From: Clostridia bacterium
GTDB lineage: Bacteria > Bacillota > Clostridia > Oscillospirales > CAG-272
Assembly: GCA_900767415.1 (NCBI GenBank)
Contig: CAAFYZ010000028.1
Coordinates: forward strand, 22,987-86,986
Reading direction: 5' to 3'
Length of the DNA: 64,000 nucleotides
The notes beneath the pieces are model-generated. The model was not told where the DNA came from. It searched no databases and saw only the letters and a program-made list of their open reading frames with translations. Below, in pieces: positions 53,957-63,290 of the stretch (position 1 is its first letter; every line of letters starts with the position of its first letter). The position numbers were made by a program, and so were the translations under genes.

Positions 53957-55279
53957 ATGACAAAAGTCGGCTTTATCTCCCTCGGCTGCTCCAAGAACCT
54001 TGTCGACACCGAGGTGATGCTCCGTTCTCTGCATGACGCGGGATACGAGATCACACCGGACGAGAGCGAGGCAGAGGTTATTGTTGTAAACACCTGCGGC
54101 TTTATCGAAAGTGCAAAGAAAGAGTCCATTGACAACATTCTCGACGTCGCATGGCTGAAAAAGCACGGAAAATGTAAACATATCATAGCAACCGGTTGCC
54201 TTGTGGAACGGTATCGCGAAGAAGTGATGAAAGAAATGCCCGAGGTGGACGCGCTTCTCGGCGTCGGCAGTCTTTCTCACATCGTCGACGCCCTTCGTGC
54301 GGTGGAACGCGGGGAAAAGTATATGTCCTTTGAAGATAAGGAGACCTCTCCCCTCGGGGGCGAACGCCTTTTGACGACGCCGGAATACAGTGCGTATCTG
54401 AAGATCGGTGAGGGGTGCGACAACCGCTGTACCTATTGTGCGATCCCCCTGATCCGCGGTCATTTCCGCTCCCGCCCGATGGAATCTCTGGTCGCGGAGG
54501 CGAAGGAGCTGGAAGCCCTCGGGGTGAAGGAGATCAATCTGATCGCCCAGGACAGCTCGCGCTACGGACTGGACCTTTACGGAGAGTATAAGCTCGCCGC
54601 CCTCGTCCGTCGGCTCACCGAGGAGACGACGATTCCGTGGATACGGATCCTCTATTGCTATCCCGACAAGATCACCGACGAGTTGATTGAAGAGTACCGC
54701 ACGAACGACCGTCTCGTGAAGTACATGGACATTCCGATCCAGCACATCTCGGATACGGTATTGGAAAGAATGAACCGCCACGGAAGAAAAAAACTGATCG
54801 TCGATACGGTCAATAAACTGCGCGAGCGCGTGCCGGGTGTTGTGCTCCGCACGACGGCGATGGTCGGATTCCCCGGGGAGACGGAAGAGGAGTTTTCCGA
54901 GCTTTGCGAGTATGTCAAGGCGGCGAAGTTCGACCGTTTCGGCGCGTTTACCTTCTCGCCCGAGGAGGGGACGGTCGCCGCGACGATGGATGGTCAGATC
55001 GACGAACAGACGAAACAGGATCGCTACGATACTCTCATGCAGATGCAACTGACCGTAACGGAAGAGCTGAACGCACGTCGGATCGGCAGTACGCTGACCG
55101 TCCTGACCGAAGGGTACGACAGTGCCGCGGGGATTCATTACGGACGCTCGTTCGCCGATGCGCCCGATGTGGACGGCAAGGTATATTTCCGCGCGAAGGA
55201 GCGTATTCCCGAGGGCACTTTCGTCAAAGTGAAGATTGAGGAAGCACTGGATTATGATCTTGTCGGAAGCGCGATATAA
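53957..55279 (+). CDS. rimO: ribosomal protein S12 methylthiotransferase
   Basis: MTKVGFISLGCSKNLVDTE UPF0004 domain, radical-SAM CDNRCTYC, TRAM C-terminus. Confidence 0.93.
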   Translation: MTKVGFISLGCSKNLVDTEVMLRSLHDAGYEITPDESEAEVIVVNTCGFIESAKKESIDNILDVAWLKKHGKCKHIIATGCLVERYREEVMKEMPEVDALLGVGSLSHIVDALRAVERGEKYMSFEDKETSPLGGERLLTTPEYSAYLKIGEGCDNRCTYCAIPLIRGHFRSRPMESLVAEAKELEALGVKEINLIAQDSSRYGLDLYGEYKLAALVRRLTEETTIPWIRILYCYPDKITDELIEEYRTNDRLVKYMDIPIQHISDTVLERMNRHGRKKLIVDTVNKLRERVPGVVLRTTAMVGFPGETEEEFSELCEYVKAAKFDRFGAFTFSPEEGTVAATMDGQIDEQTKQDRYDTLMQMQLTVTEELNARRIGSTLTVLTEGYDSAAGIHYGRSFADAPDVDGKVYFRAKERIPEGTFVKVKIEEALDYDLVGSAI

Positions 55280-55398
55280 CCTTGCATCTCCCATAACCCT
55301 CCGAGATCGTGAGAAACGACGCCGGGAACCAATAAAAACCTTCGATAATTCAGATTTTTGCCGTCGGTGAATCGACGGCGGAACGGAGACAATAAAAG

Positions 55399-56001
55399 AT
55401 GAAAAAGAAAAGCATGAATTTACCGAACACACTCTCGCTTTTGCGGGTGGCACTGGTGCCCGTGTTCGTCGTTACGTTGCTCTTCCTGCGGGAGATTCCC
55501 GTATGGGGAAAGGTGGTCCCCGCGCTGATCTATGTATTGACGGCGTTTACCGATATGCTGGACGGGAAGATCGCCAGAAAATACAATCTGATTACCGATT
55601 TCGGGAAATTCATCGACCCGCTCGCGGATAAATTCATGGTGCTCGCCTCCATGATCTCTATCGACGCTTTGATGTTCCTCGAAGGACAGACGACGGAGGC
55701 GATCGTCTTCATGTTCGTCGTGCTTGTGATTCTGCTCCGTGAACTCGGCGTGACGAGTCTGCGCCTTGTCGTGGCAGGGAAGAGCGGCATCGTGGTCGCC
55801 GCAAGTATGCTCGGAAAAGCGAAGACCGTCTCGCAGATGGTCGGCACGGTGGTGATTCTGTTAGAGAGCACGATCTTCCCGTTCAGTGCCGGGACGCATA
55901 TCGTCGCCTATGTGATGATGGCGATCATGGTAATCACGACGCTCTTTTCCGGTATCGACTATCTGAAGAGTTATCTTCCATATATCGACACGAACGAATA
56001 A
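55399..56001 (+). CDS. pgsA: CDP-diacylglycerol--glycerol-3-phosphate 3-phosphatidyltransferase
   Basis: NTLSLLRV..., DMLDGKIARKYN...GKFIDPLADK CDP-alcohol phosphatidyltransferase motif. Confidence 0.9.
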   Translation: MKKKSMNLPNTLSLLRVALVPVFVVTLLFLREIPVWGKVVPALIYVLTAFTDMLDGKIARKYNLITDFGKFIDPLADKFMVLASMISIDALMFLEGQTTEAIVFMFVVLVILLRELGVTSLRLVVAGKSGIVVAASMLGKAKTVSQMVGTVVILLESTIFPFSAGTHIVAYVMMAIMVITTLFSGIDYLKSYLPYIDTNE

Positions 56002-56086
56002 TCGAAAGACAGTGTTTGCGGGGGGAGTCTTTTCATTCTTCGGACACCGCCCCGTCCCCCACTGCCGCTTTACAAAAACGGGAACA

Positions 56087-56133
56087 AAATAACCCGAAGG
56101 GGTCTCCGACACGGAGACCCCTTCGGGTTTTAT
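56087..56133. terminator. bidirectional terminator between pgsA and ppiB
   Basis: 17-bp stem AACCCGAAGGGGTCTCC/GGAGACCCCTTCGGGTT. Confidence 0.8.
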
Positions 56134-56182
56134 GCGACGCGGAAATGCAAAACCGCGACGGAGAACAAAGAGAAAAAACGGA

Positions 56183-56659
56183 TCACGCCTCGTCGGTGGT
56201 AACCTTCTTCATGCGGACGGCGATCTTCGGACGGTCGCGAAAATCGGTGGGGATCGACGCGATCTCGTCGACGGCGTGCATACCGGAGACGACTTTACCG
56301 AAGGCGGCGTAAGCACCGTCAAGATGCGGGGCGTCCGCGTGCATGATAAAGAACTGAGAGGAGGCGGAGTTCGGATCGGCGGCACGCGCCATGGAGATGA
56401 CGCCGCGGGTGTGGCGGATCGGATTGTCGACGCCGTTCTGACGGAACTCACCTTTGATCGTGTGTTCGGCACCGCCCATACCGTTGCCGAGCGGGTCGCC
56501 CCCCTGAATCATGAAGCCGGGAATGACGCGGTGAAAGGTCAGTCCGTCATAAAAACCGGATCTGACGAGGGAGAGAAAGTTTTTGACCGTTTCGGGCGCT
56601 GCCTCGGGGTAAAGCTCGATCTCGATCTTCTGTCCGTTTTCCATTTCGATGGTAACCAT
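56183..56659 (-). CDS. ppiB: peptidylprolyl isomerase, cyclophilin type
   Basis: FHRVIPGFMIQGGDP, SQFFI motifs. Confidence 0.93.
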   Translation of the reverse strand: MVTIEMENGQKIEIELYPEAAPETVKNFLSLVRSGFYDGLTFHRVIPGFMIQGGDPLGNGMGGAEHTIKGEFRQNGVDNPIRHTRGVISMARAADPNSASSQFFIMHADAPHLDGAYAAFGKVVSGMHAVDEIASIPTDFRDRPKIAVRMKKVTTDEA

Positions 56660-56756
56660 TTGTTTTTCTTCCTTTCGGTTTTTTGAAATATACTCATATT
56701 TTCTGACGAAAAAGAATATAATAATGTAAATAACTGTTAGAAATACGGAGTTTTTT

Positions 56757-57812
56757 ATGAACCGCGAGAAACTTTCCGCCTGCGCGCACCTTGTCGTTTG
56801 CGTCGCGGGGGCGGTACTTCTTTGCTATCTGATTGCAAAATATCTGCTGCTCCTGTTTTTGCCGTTTCTGATTGCGTGGGGAGCGGCGTTTGCCGTCCGG
56901 CCGCTTGCCGAAGGGGTGGCAAGGCGTACCTGCCTTTCCGTGCGGCTTTGCCGCGTTCTCTTTACCGTGCTTTGCCTGCTGTTGCTTTTTGCCGCGGTCG
57001 GCACACTGGTCGCGGGCGCGGTGTCGGAGGCGTGGCGCTTTTTTTCGGGGATCGGCGACGGGGAGGAGATCGCGAAAAAGGTTCTTGCCGTTCTGCGCCT
57101 GCCGATCGGTTGGTTCGGTGACGGAGAGGCGGGGGCGGCGATTGCCGAGCAGATCACGCTCGCCTTCGGGAACGCGCTGTCTTCTCTTTTCTCGGGGGCA
57201 GTCTCTTTTCTCACCGGGGTGATCGCCTTCGTGCCGAAAATCTTCCTTTTTCTTCTTGTATGCGCGATCTCTTCGATCTATTTTTCATGGGACCTTGAGC
57301 GGATCAATGCTGCCGTGCGCGGACTCCTGCCGAAAAAAGCAGAGGCGGCTCTGATCCGATTCAAAGACGGGTTTCTCGATACGTCGGTTCGCTATCTCCG
57401 CTCGTATCTGATTCTGATGGCGATCACCTTCGTCATCATGCTGACGGGATTTTTGCTTCTCGGGATTCCGTACGCGCTCCTTGTCGCACTCGTCGTCGCC
57501 CTTTTGGACCTTCTGCCCGTCATCGGGGTCGGCACGGTGCTGGTGCCGTGGAGCGTGGTTTCTCTCCTGTCGGGGAAGGGGGGACTTGCACTCGGTCTTT
57601 TCCTTCTCTTTGCGGCAAATGAGGTGATCCGTCAGTTCGCCGAGCCGAAGATCGTCGGGCGACACCTCGGGATTCACCCGCTTCTGACCCTCTTCTTTCT
57701 CTATGTCGGTTATGCACTTTTCGGCGTGACGGGACTGCTTTTCATTCCGATCGCCGTCGTCGCCTATCAGGCGATCGCGGGGCGGGGGAAGACGGAGATA
57801 AAAGAAAAATAA
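56757..57812 (+). CDS. ytvI: AI-2E family transporter (sporulation membrane protein YtvI-like)
   Basis: About 8 TM helices; LLDLLPVIGVGTVLVPW motif of the PerM/AI-2E family. Confidence 0.7.
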   Translation: MNREKLSACAHLVVCVAGAVLLCYLIAKYLLLLFLPFLIAWGAAFAVRPLAEGVARRTCLSVRLCRVLFTVLCLLLLFAAVGTLVAGAVSEAWRFFSGIGDGEEIAKKVLAVLRLPIGWFGDGEAGAAIAEQITLAFGNALSSLFSGAVSFLTGVIAFVPKIFLFLLVCAISSIYFSWDLERINAAVRGLLPKKAEAALIRFKDGFLDTSVRYLRSYLILMAITFVIMLTGFLLLGIPYALLVALVVALLDLLPVIGVGTVLVPWSVVSLLSGKGGLALGLFLLFAANEVIRQFAEPKIVGRHLGIHPLLTLFFLYVGYALFGVTGLLFIPIAVVAYQAIAGRGKTEIKEK

Positions 57813-57834
57813 CTCCGCAAAAGGCGGAAAGAGA

Positions 57835-57869
57835 ATAGAAAACGGTGCCTCACGGGCACCGTTTTCTAT
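57835..57869. terminator. bidirectional terminator between ytvI and rpmB
   Basis: ATAGAAAACGGTGCC-tcacg-GGCACCGTTTTCTAT. Confidence 0.8.
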
Positions 57870-57878
57870 TTCGGCGAC

Positions 57879-58064
57879 TTACGCGCGCTCAACCTTGCCC
57901 GAACGAAGGCAACGGGAGCAGACATAAACCGTCTTGTGAGAGCCGTTTACGACCGCTTTGACACGGCGGATGTTCGGCTTCCATGTTCTGTTCGTCTTAC
58001 GGTTGGAGTGAGAGACATTGTGTCCGAACGTCACGCCCTTGCCGCAAATGCTGCAGTTTGCCAT
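57879..58064 (-). CDS. rpmB: 50S ribosomal protein L28
   Basis: CSICGKG..FGHNVSHSNRKTNRTWKPN canonical L28. Confidence 0.95.
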   Translation of the reverse strand: MANCSICGKGVTFGHNVSHSNRKTNRTWKPNIRRVKAVVNGSHKTVYVCSRCLRSGKVERA

Positions 58065-58131
58065 TTTGATACCTCCTGTTCTTCCGCTTTTATGGGAAGA
58101 TACTTATCTCAATCATAAATCGACAACCGAT

Positions 58132-58160
58132 ATTATAGCATACCTTTCCGAAAAATGCAA
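58132..58160 (-). promoter_or_regulatory. promoter of rpmB
   Basis: Minus strand TTGCAT, 17 nt, TATAAT. Confidence 0.55.
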
Positions 58161-58331
58161 GACTTTTTTTAAGTTTTTTTGCTTTTCGGAAAAATAATTT
58201 TGAAAAAGAGGGGGAAAAAGAAAAAAATCACGGCTTTTCGGAGAAAAAACGGGAGCGGCGGGGAAGGACGCGGGCACAGCACGCAGAGCACGACCGTCGC
58301 GTGCGCGGGTACGGTTTCTTTGAAATATCTG

Positions 58332-58360
58332 TTGACAACTTCCGCGCAGTGTGATAGAAT
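58332..58360 (+). promoter_or_regulatory. promoter of rdgB
   Basis: TTGACA, 17 nt, TGa-TAGAAT. Confidence 0.6.
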
Positions 58361-58438
58361 ACCCTTCGGACAGGAAGGGCTTTTCTGTCCGAGGGCGACC
58401 CGCACGGCAGAAAGTGTGCGGCACCCGGAGGAGACGGC

Positions 58439-59017
58439 TTGAAACTGATATTGGCAACCAACAATAAAAACAAAATACGGGAGATCCGCGAGATTCTCGG
58501 CGGGCATTTTGAAGAGATCCTCTCTCTTGCCGAGGCGGGGATCGTCCACGAGACGGTGGAGGACGGCTCGACCTTCGTCGAGAACGCCGTGAAAAAGGCG
58601 GAGGAGATCGCAAAGATCTCGGGCATGGCGGCACTCGCCGACGACAGCGGCATTTCGGTCGACACCCTCGGCGGCGCACCGGGCGTATACAGCGCGCGCT
58701 TCGCCGGAGAGCACGGCGACGATAAAAAGAATACCGCCCTCCTTCTTGAAAAACTCGAAGGAGAGAGCGACCGCGGGGCGCATTATACCGCCGCCGTCGC
58801 CCTCGTCTATCCCGACGGACGCACCCTTACGGCAGAGGGGTATCTGTTCGGCAGGATCGCCGACGCCCCCCGCGGGACGGGCGGATTCGGCTACGATCCC
58901 GTTTTCGTCCCGGAGGGCGGGACGCGCACGCTTGCGGAATATACGGAAGAAGAAAAGAACGCGATCAGCCATCGTGCGAGGGCGCTTGCCGCTCTTCTCG
59001 GTCGGCTCGGCGCATAG
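58439..59017 (+). CDS. rdgB: XTP/dITP diphosphatase (RdgB/HAM1)
   Basis: TTG start after RBS GGAGGAG. ILATNNKNKIREI, ADDSGI, GGAPGVYSAR, GFGYDPVF. Confidence 0.92.
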   Translation: MKLILATNNKNKIREIREILGGHFEEILSLAEAGIVHETVEDGSTFVENAVKKAEEIAKISGMAALADDSGISVDTLGGAPGVYSARFAGEHGDDKKNTALLLEKLEGESDRGAHYTAAVALVYPDGRTLTAEGYLFGRIADAPRGTGGFGYDPVFVPEGGTRTLAEYTEEEKNAISHRARALAALLGRLGA

Positions 59018-59025
59018 GAGAGAGC

Positions 59026-59727
59026 ATGGACGTTTTTTTCTTTGTACTTCAGATTCTCGGTACCATCGGCTTTTCCGTTTCGGGGGCGATGGTCGCCATC
59101 CGTCGGGAGACGGATATCGCCGGGGTCGTGATTCTCGCGCTGACGACGACCTTCGGCGGCGGCATCATGCGCGATCTTTGCATCTCTTCCGCGCCGCCGC
59201 GCTTTTTCACGATGTATACCGAGATCGCGGTGTCGGTGGCGACGGCACTTCTCGTCTTTTTTCTTGCCCGCCATTATAAAGAAAAATACCTCGAAAAAGA
59301 AGGGGCACTGCTCGCCGTGGACAACGTCTTCGACGCGATCGGCATCGGCGTCTTCGCGGTCATCGGGACCGAGATCGCCCTGGATGCGGGACACACCGCC
59401 CCCCTGCTCGCCATTCTGATGGGGACGGTCTCCGGTGTCGGCGGCGGCGTGGTGCGCGACGTGCTCGTGCGGGACATTCCGTTCATTCTGAAAAAACGGA
59501 TTTACGTGGTCGCCGTGCTTGCCGGGGCGACGGTATACTATCTTCTTTGGCTTTTCGGCGCGCCGGATATGCTCTCGCTCTCCGTCGGGGCGGCGACCGT
59601 TTTCACCCTCCGTATGCTCGCCACCGTCTTCAAATGGAATCTGCCGAAGGCAATCGTTTTTTCTTCTCTCCGCCCGGAAGAAAAGAAAAAACCGTCGTCG
59701 GACGAAAAAAACAAAAAAGTTTCGTAA
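59026..59727 (+). CDS. trimeric intracellular cation channel (UPF0126/YadS) family protein
   Basis: Duplicated G-x-GGG-x-RD motifs (FGGGIMRD, VGGGVVRD). Confidence 0.85.
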   Translation: MDVFFFVLQILGTIGFSVSGAMVAIRRETDIAGVVILALTTTFGGGIMRDLCISSAPPRFFTMYTEIAVSVATALLVFFLARHYKEKYLEKEGALLAVDNVFDAIGIGVFAVIGTEIALDAGHTAPLLAILMGTVSGVGGGVVRDVLVRDIPFILKKRIYVVAVLAGATVYYLLWLFGAPDMLSLSVGAATVFTLRMLATVFKWNLPKAIVFSSLRPEEKKKPSSDEKNKKVS

Positions 59728-59890
59728 AACTCTTTACTTTTAATAAAAAGTATGTTATAATACTACGGTACCCGTACCGAGGGGTCGGTGGTTGACCTTG
59801 CTCCGTCGTCGGCATTGCCGCGGCGTGGTTTGCGTATTCACCCGCACCGACAGCTTTGATTCGGGAATAAGAAAAGAAAGGTGAGAACAG

Positions 59891-60157
59891 ATGATTTCCA
59901 AGGAGACAAAAACCGCCATCATCTCGGAGTACAAGATCAACGAGAAGGACACCGGTTCGCCCGAAGTGCAGATCGCGATTCTGACGGACAGAATCAACGC
60001 GCTGACCGAGCACATGAAGAAGAACCCGAAGGACTTCCACTCGCAGAGAGGTCTTTCCAAGATGGTCGGTCACAGAAAGCAGCTTCTGAACTATCTTGCG
60101 AAGAAAGATATCGAAAGATACAGAGCTGTCATCAAGAAGCTCGGTCTCAGAAAGTAA
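59891..60157 (+). CDS. rpsO: 30S ribosomal protein S15
   Basis: [36 protein letters not shown] canonical S15. Confidence 0.96.
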   Translation: MISKETKTAIISEYKINEKDTGSPEVQIAILTDRINALTEHMKKNPKDFHSQRGLSKMVGHRKQLLNYLAKKDIERYRAVIKKLGLRK

Positions 60158-60186
60158 TTTTCGCTTTCCCACGACCGCTATAAGAG

Positions 60187-60218
60187 ACGGGAACGGGACT
60201 TTTTCGTTCCCGTTTCTT
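60187..60218 (+). terminator. terminator/attenuator after rpsO, before pnp
   Basis: ACGGGAACG/CGTTCCCGT stem, then TTCTT. Confidence 0.65.
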
Positions 60219-60335
60219 ATGAAAAAGAAAAAACGAAACGGAGCGGCGGAAGTAGCAGTTAAATACGCGTTCGGCAGAAGGCGAGCGTGTATTTAAGTGC
60301 TATGTTCGCGGCTCCCGAAAAAAAGGAGAAAGAAA

Positions 60336-62441
60336 ATGGTAGAAAGATTCAAAACATTCGAAAACTACAAAAAGTTCACGTACGATTTTGCCGGCAGACC
60401 GCTCGTCATCGAGACGGGTAAGATCGCGGGACTTGCCAACGGCTCGGCTCTGATCCGTTACGGCGAGACGACCGTACTTGCCTGCGCGACGGCATCCGCC
60501 GCTCCCCGCGAGGGCATCGACTTCCTTCCGCTGTCCGTCGACTACGACGAGAAGATGTATTCCGTCGGTAAGATTCCCGGCGGATTCCTGAAAAGAGAAG
60601 GGAAGCCGACCGAGAAGGCGATCCTGACGAGCCGTGTCATCGACCGTCCCGTCCGTCCCCTTTTCCCGAAGGATCTGCGCAACGATGTTTCTCTGATTCT
60701 GACCGTGATGTCGGTCGATCCCGACTGCTCGCCCGAGATCACCGCGATGATCGGCGCGTCGGTCGCTCTTTCCATCTCCGACATTCCGTGGAACGGACCG
60801 ATCGGCGGTGTCTTCATGGGTCTTGTCGACGGCAAGCCCGTGGTCAACCCGACGGCGGAGCAGAGAAAGGTCAGCACCCTTGAGCTGACGGTCGCGGCGA
60901 CCGAGAAGAAGGTCGTTATGATCGAGGCGGGGGCGAAGGAAGTATCCGACGAGGATATGTTCGGTGCGATCATGCTCGCACACGAAGAGATCAAAAAACT
61001 TGTGAAGTTCATCGACGGTATCGTCGCCGAGGTAGGAAAACCGAAGTTCTCTTATCCTTCGGGCGAGCTGAATCACGAGATGTTCGACGAGATCTTCGCC
61101 TATTGCGAAAAGGACGTGATGGAAGCACTCGACACCGACGACAAGACCGTCCGTGACGCGAAGATGCAGCCCATCATGGAAGATATCGTCGCGAAGTTCG
61201 AAGAAAAATACCCCGACATCAAGGTGGTTCTTCCCGAGCTGATCTATAAGATTCAGAAGAAGATCGTGCGTCGCTGGCTCCTCGTGGACAAGAAGCGTGT
61301 GGACGGTCGTCGCATGGACGAGATCCGCCCGCTCGCCGCAGAAGTCGGTCTGATCCCGAGAGTTCATGGTTCGGGTCTCTTTACGAGAGGTCAGACACAG
61401 GTTCTGACGGTAGCCACCCTCGGCACGCTCTCCGATGCACAGAGACTCGAGGGCATCGACGACGAAGATTCCAAGAGATATATGCACCATTACAATATGC
61501 CCGGCTATTCGACCGGTGAGGCGAAGTCGCTTCGTTCTCCCGGCAGACGCGAGATCGGACACGGTGCTCTCGCCGAGCGTTCGCTTCTTCCCGTTCTTCC
61601 GAGCGAAGAGGAGTTCCCCTACGCGATCCGTCTTGTCTCCGAGGTTGTCAGCTCGAACGGCTCGACCTCGCAGGGCTCTGTCTGCGGTTCGACCCTTGCG
61701 CTGATGGACGCCGGTGTGCCGATCAAGGCACCGGTTGCCGGTATCTCCTGCGGTCTGATCACCGCGGAGGACGGTTCGTGGGATACCATGATCGACATTC
61801 AGGGTCTCGAAGACTTCTACGGCGATATGGACTTCAAGGTCGCCGGTACGCATAAGGGTATCACCTCCATTCAGATGGACCTGAAGATCGACGGTCTGAC
61901 CCCCGAGATCATCAAGAACGCCCTTGAAACCACGCACAAGGGAAGAGACGAAATCATCGACAAGATTCTTCTTGCCGCGATTCCCGCGCCCCGTGCGGAA
62001 GTTTCCGAGTTCGCACCGAAGATGATCACCATGCACATCAACCCCGAGAAGATCCGTGAGGTCATCGGTTCGGGCGGAAAGGTGATTCAGAAGATCGTTG
62101 CCGACACCGGCGCGAAGATCGACATCAACGATGACGGAAGCGTGTTTATCGCCGCCGTCGACCGTGCGAGCGCCGACCGTGCGAAGGAGATCATCGACGC
62201 GATCGTCTTCGAGCCCGTCGTAGGCGAGACGTATGAAGGTACCGTTACCCGTATCATTCCGATCGGTGCGTTCGTCGAGTACGCCCCCGGCAAAGAGGGA
62301 ATGGTTCACATCTCGAAACTGCAGAAAGTGCGCACCGAGAAGGTCGAGGACGCCGTTCAGATCGGCGACCGCGTCCGCGTGAAGTTCCTCGGCACCGATG
62401 AAAAGGGAAGACAGAACCTTTCGATGAAAGACGCCGACTGA
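60336..62441 (+). CDS. pnp: polyribonucleotide nucleotidyltransferase
   Basis: Start MVERFKTF (RBS AAGGAG). Two RNase PH domains, KH and S1 C-terminus. Confidence 0.96.
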   Translation: MVERFKTFENYKKFTYDFAGRPLVIETGKIAGLANGSALIRYGETTVLACATASAAPREGIDFLPLSVDYDEKMYSVGKIPGGFLKREGKPTEKAILTSRVIDRPVRPLFPKDLRNDVSLILTVMSVDPDCSPEITAMIGASVALSISDIPWNGPIGGVFMGLVDGKPVVNPTAEQRKVSTLELTVAATEKKVVMIEAGAKEVSDEDMFGAIMLAHEEIKKLVKFIDGIVAEVGKPKFSYPSGELNHEMFDEIFAYCEKDVMEALDTDDKTVRDAKMQPIMEDIVAKFEEKYPDIKVVLPELIYKIQKKIVRRWLLVDKKRVDGRRMDEIRPLAAEVGLIPRVHGSGLFTRGQTQVLTVATLGTLSDAQRLEGIDDEDSKRYMHHYNMPGYSTGEAKSLRSPGRREIGHGALAERSLLPVLPSEEEFPYAIRLVSEVVSSNGSTSQGSVCGSTLALMDAGVPIKAPVAGISCGLITAEDGSWDTMIDIQGLEDFYGDMDFKVAGTHKGITSIQMDLKIDGLTPEIIKNALETTHKGRDEIIDKILLAAIPAPRAEVSEFAPKMITMHINPEKIREVIGSGGKVIQKIVADTGAKIDINDDGSVFIAAVDRASADRAKEIIDAIVFEPVVGETYEGTVTRIIPIGAFVEYAPGKEGMVHISKLQKVRTEKVEDAVQIGDRVRVKFLGTDEKGRQNLSMKDAD

Positions 62442-62442
62442 T

Positions 62443-62490
62443 AAAAAGGCGGTATCAAATGCAAAAAACGCATTTGATACCGCCCTTTTT
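62443..62490 (+). terminator. terminator after pnp
   Basis: 15-bp stem GGCGGTATCAAATGC/GCATTTGATACCGCC, then T5. Confidence 0.85.
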
Positions 62491-62582
62491 CTGTTTTCTT
62501 TACCATGCAAAGAAAAAACGGTATAGCACTCTGCTCGTCGGGAGAAACTATCGGTAGCATCTGACGAAAGGAGATGATACCG

Positions 62583-62765
62583 ATGGAGAAAAAACACGAA
62601 AAGAAAAAATTCCCTCCGGTCGAAATTCCGACGCCCGTCGTACCTGCGACGGATCCGCCGGTGCCGAACCGCGCGTGGACGGAGATGAAACTCGGGCGCG
62701 ACATCGAAGAACTCAGCGAAGAAGAAAAAGCCGAGCTTTACCTCGGGCACGATCATTTTCTTTGA
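62583..62765 (+). CDS. small hypothetical protein (60 aa, Lys/Pro-rich N-terminus, acidic C-terminus)
   Basis: RBS AAAGGAG with good spacing to ATG 62583; structured region and terminator follow. No homology recognised. Confidence 0.4.
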   Translation: MEKKHEKKKFPPVEIPTPVVPATDPPVPNRAWTEMKLGRDIEELSEEEKAELYLGHDHFL

Positions 62766-62860
62766 GCAATCGGTAAAGAGACACCGTCCATAACCGCCCG
62801 TCCGCTTGCGGGGCGGGCGGACGGGAATGCGGTGTCCGACTTTCGGATTTCGAAAAACGT

Positions 62861-62909
62861 CCTGCCCTTTGTCCGACGAACAAAGGGCAGGGTGTTTGCT
62901 TTTCTTTTT
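62861..62909 (+). terminator. terminator after the small ORF 62583-62765
   Basis: 12-bp stem CCTGCCCTTTGT/ACAAAGGGCAGG, then a T-rich run. Confidence 0.7.
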
Positions 62910-63042
62910 AACATATTGTGAATTCGACAAAAATATGTAACCTTTTTTCTCCCGCTCCTGTCTTTATGGATAAGCGGGTGAAAAATCAGATGCCCGACCT
63001 TCGTGTCGGGTTCCGCACGGAGAAAAAAGAAAGGAAACCGAT

Positions 63043-63189
63043 ATGGAGATTGCAAGAGGCGTGGTCGGTGTGCTCCTCGCTCTGACTTTGATCGTCGGGG
63101 TGTTTGTTGCCGGCTCCTACGCGCCGAAACCGATGGAAAATTCTCCCGCAGAAGGGTATTTTGACTTCTTCCCCGCGGAGATTTCGTGA
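63043..63189 (+). CDS. small single-TM protein (48 aa)
   Basis: Not in the track (<60 aa). RBS GAAAGGAAA 6 nt before the ATG. MEIARGVVGVLLALTLIVGVFVAG hydrophobic helix. Terminator at 63233-63267. Confidence 0.45.
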   Translation: MEIARGVVGVLLALTLIVGVFVAGSYAPKPMENSPAEGYFDFFPAEIS

Positions 63190-63232
63190 TTTTCTTCCGA
63201 AAGGAAAAAGAAAATCATCGGCGGCGGAGAAT

Positions 63233-63267
63233 AAAAAGAGGGACGCGAGAGCGTCCCTCTTTTTTTG
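63233..63267. terminator. bidirectional terminator between the small TM ORF and the antiporter gene
   Basis: AAAAAGAGGGACGC-gaga-GCGTCCCTCTTTTTTT. Confidence 0.85.
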
Positions 63268-63290
63268 CGATGACGAAAACGAGAGAAGGG

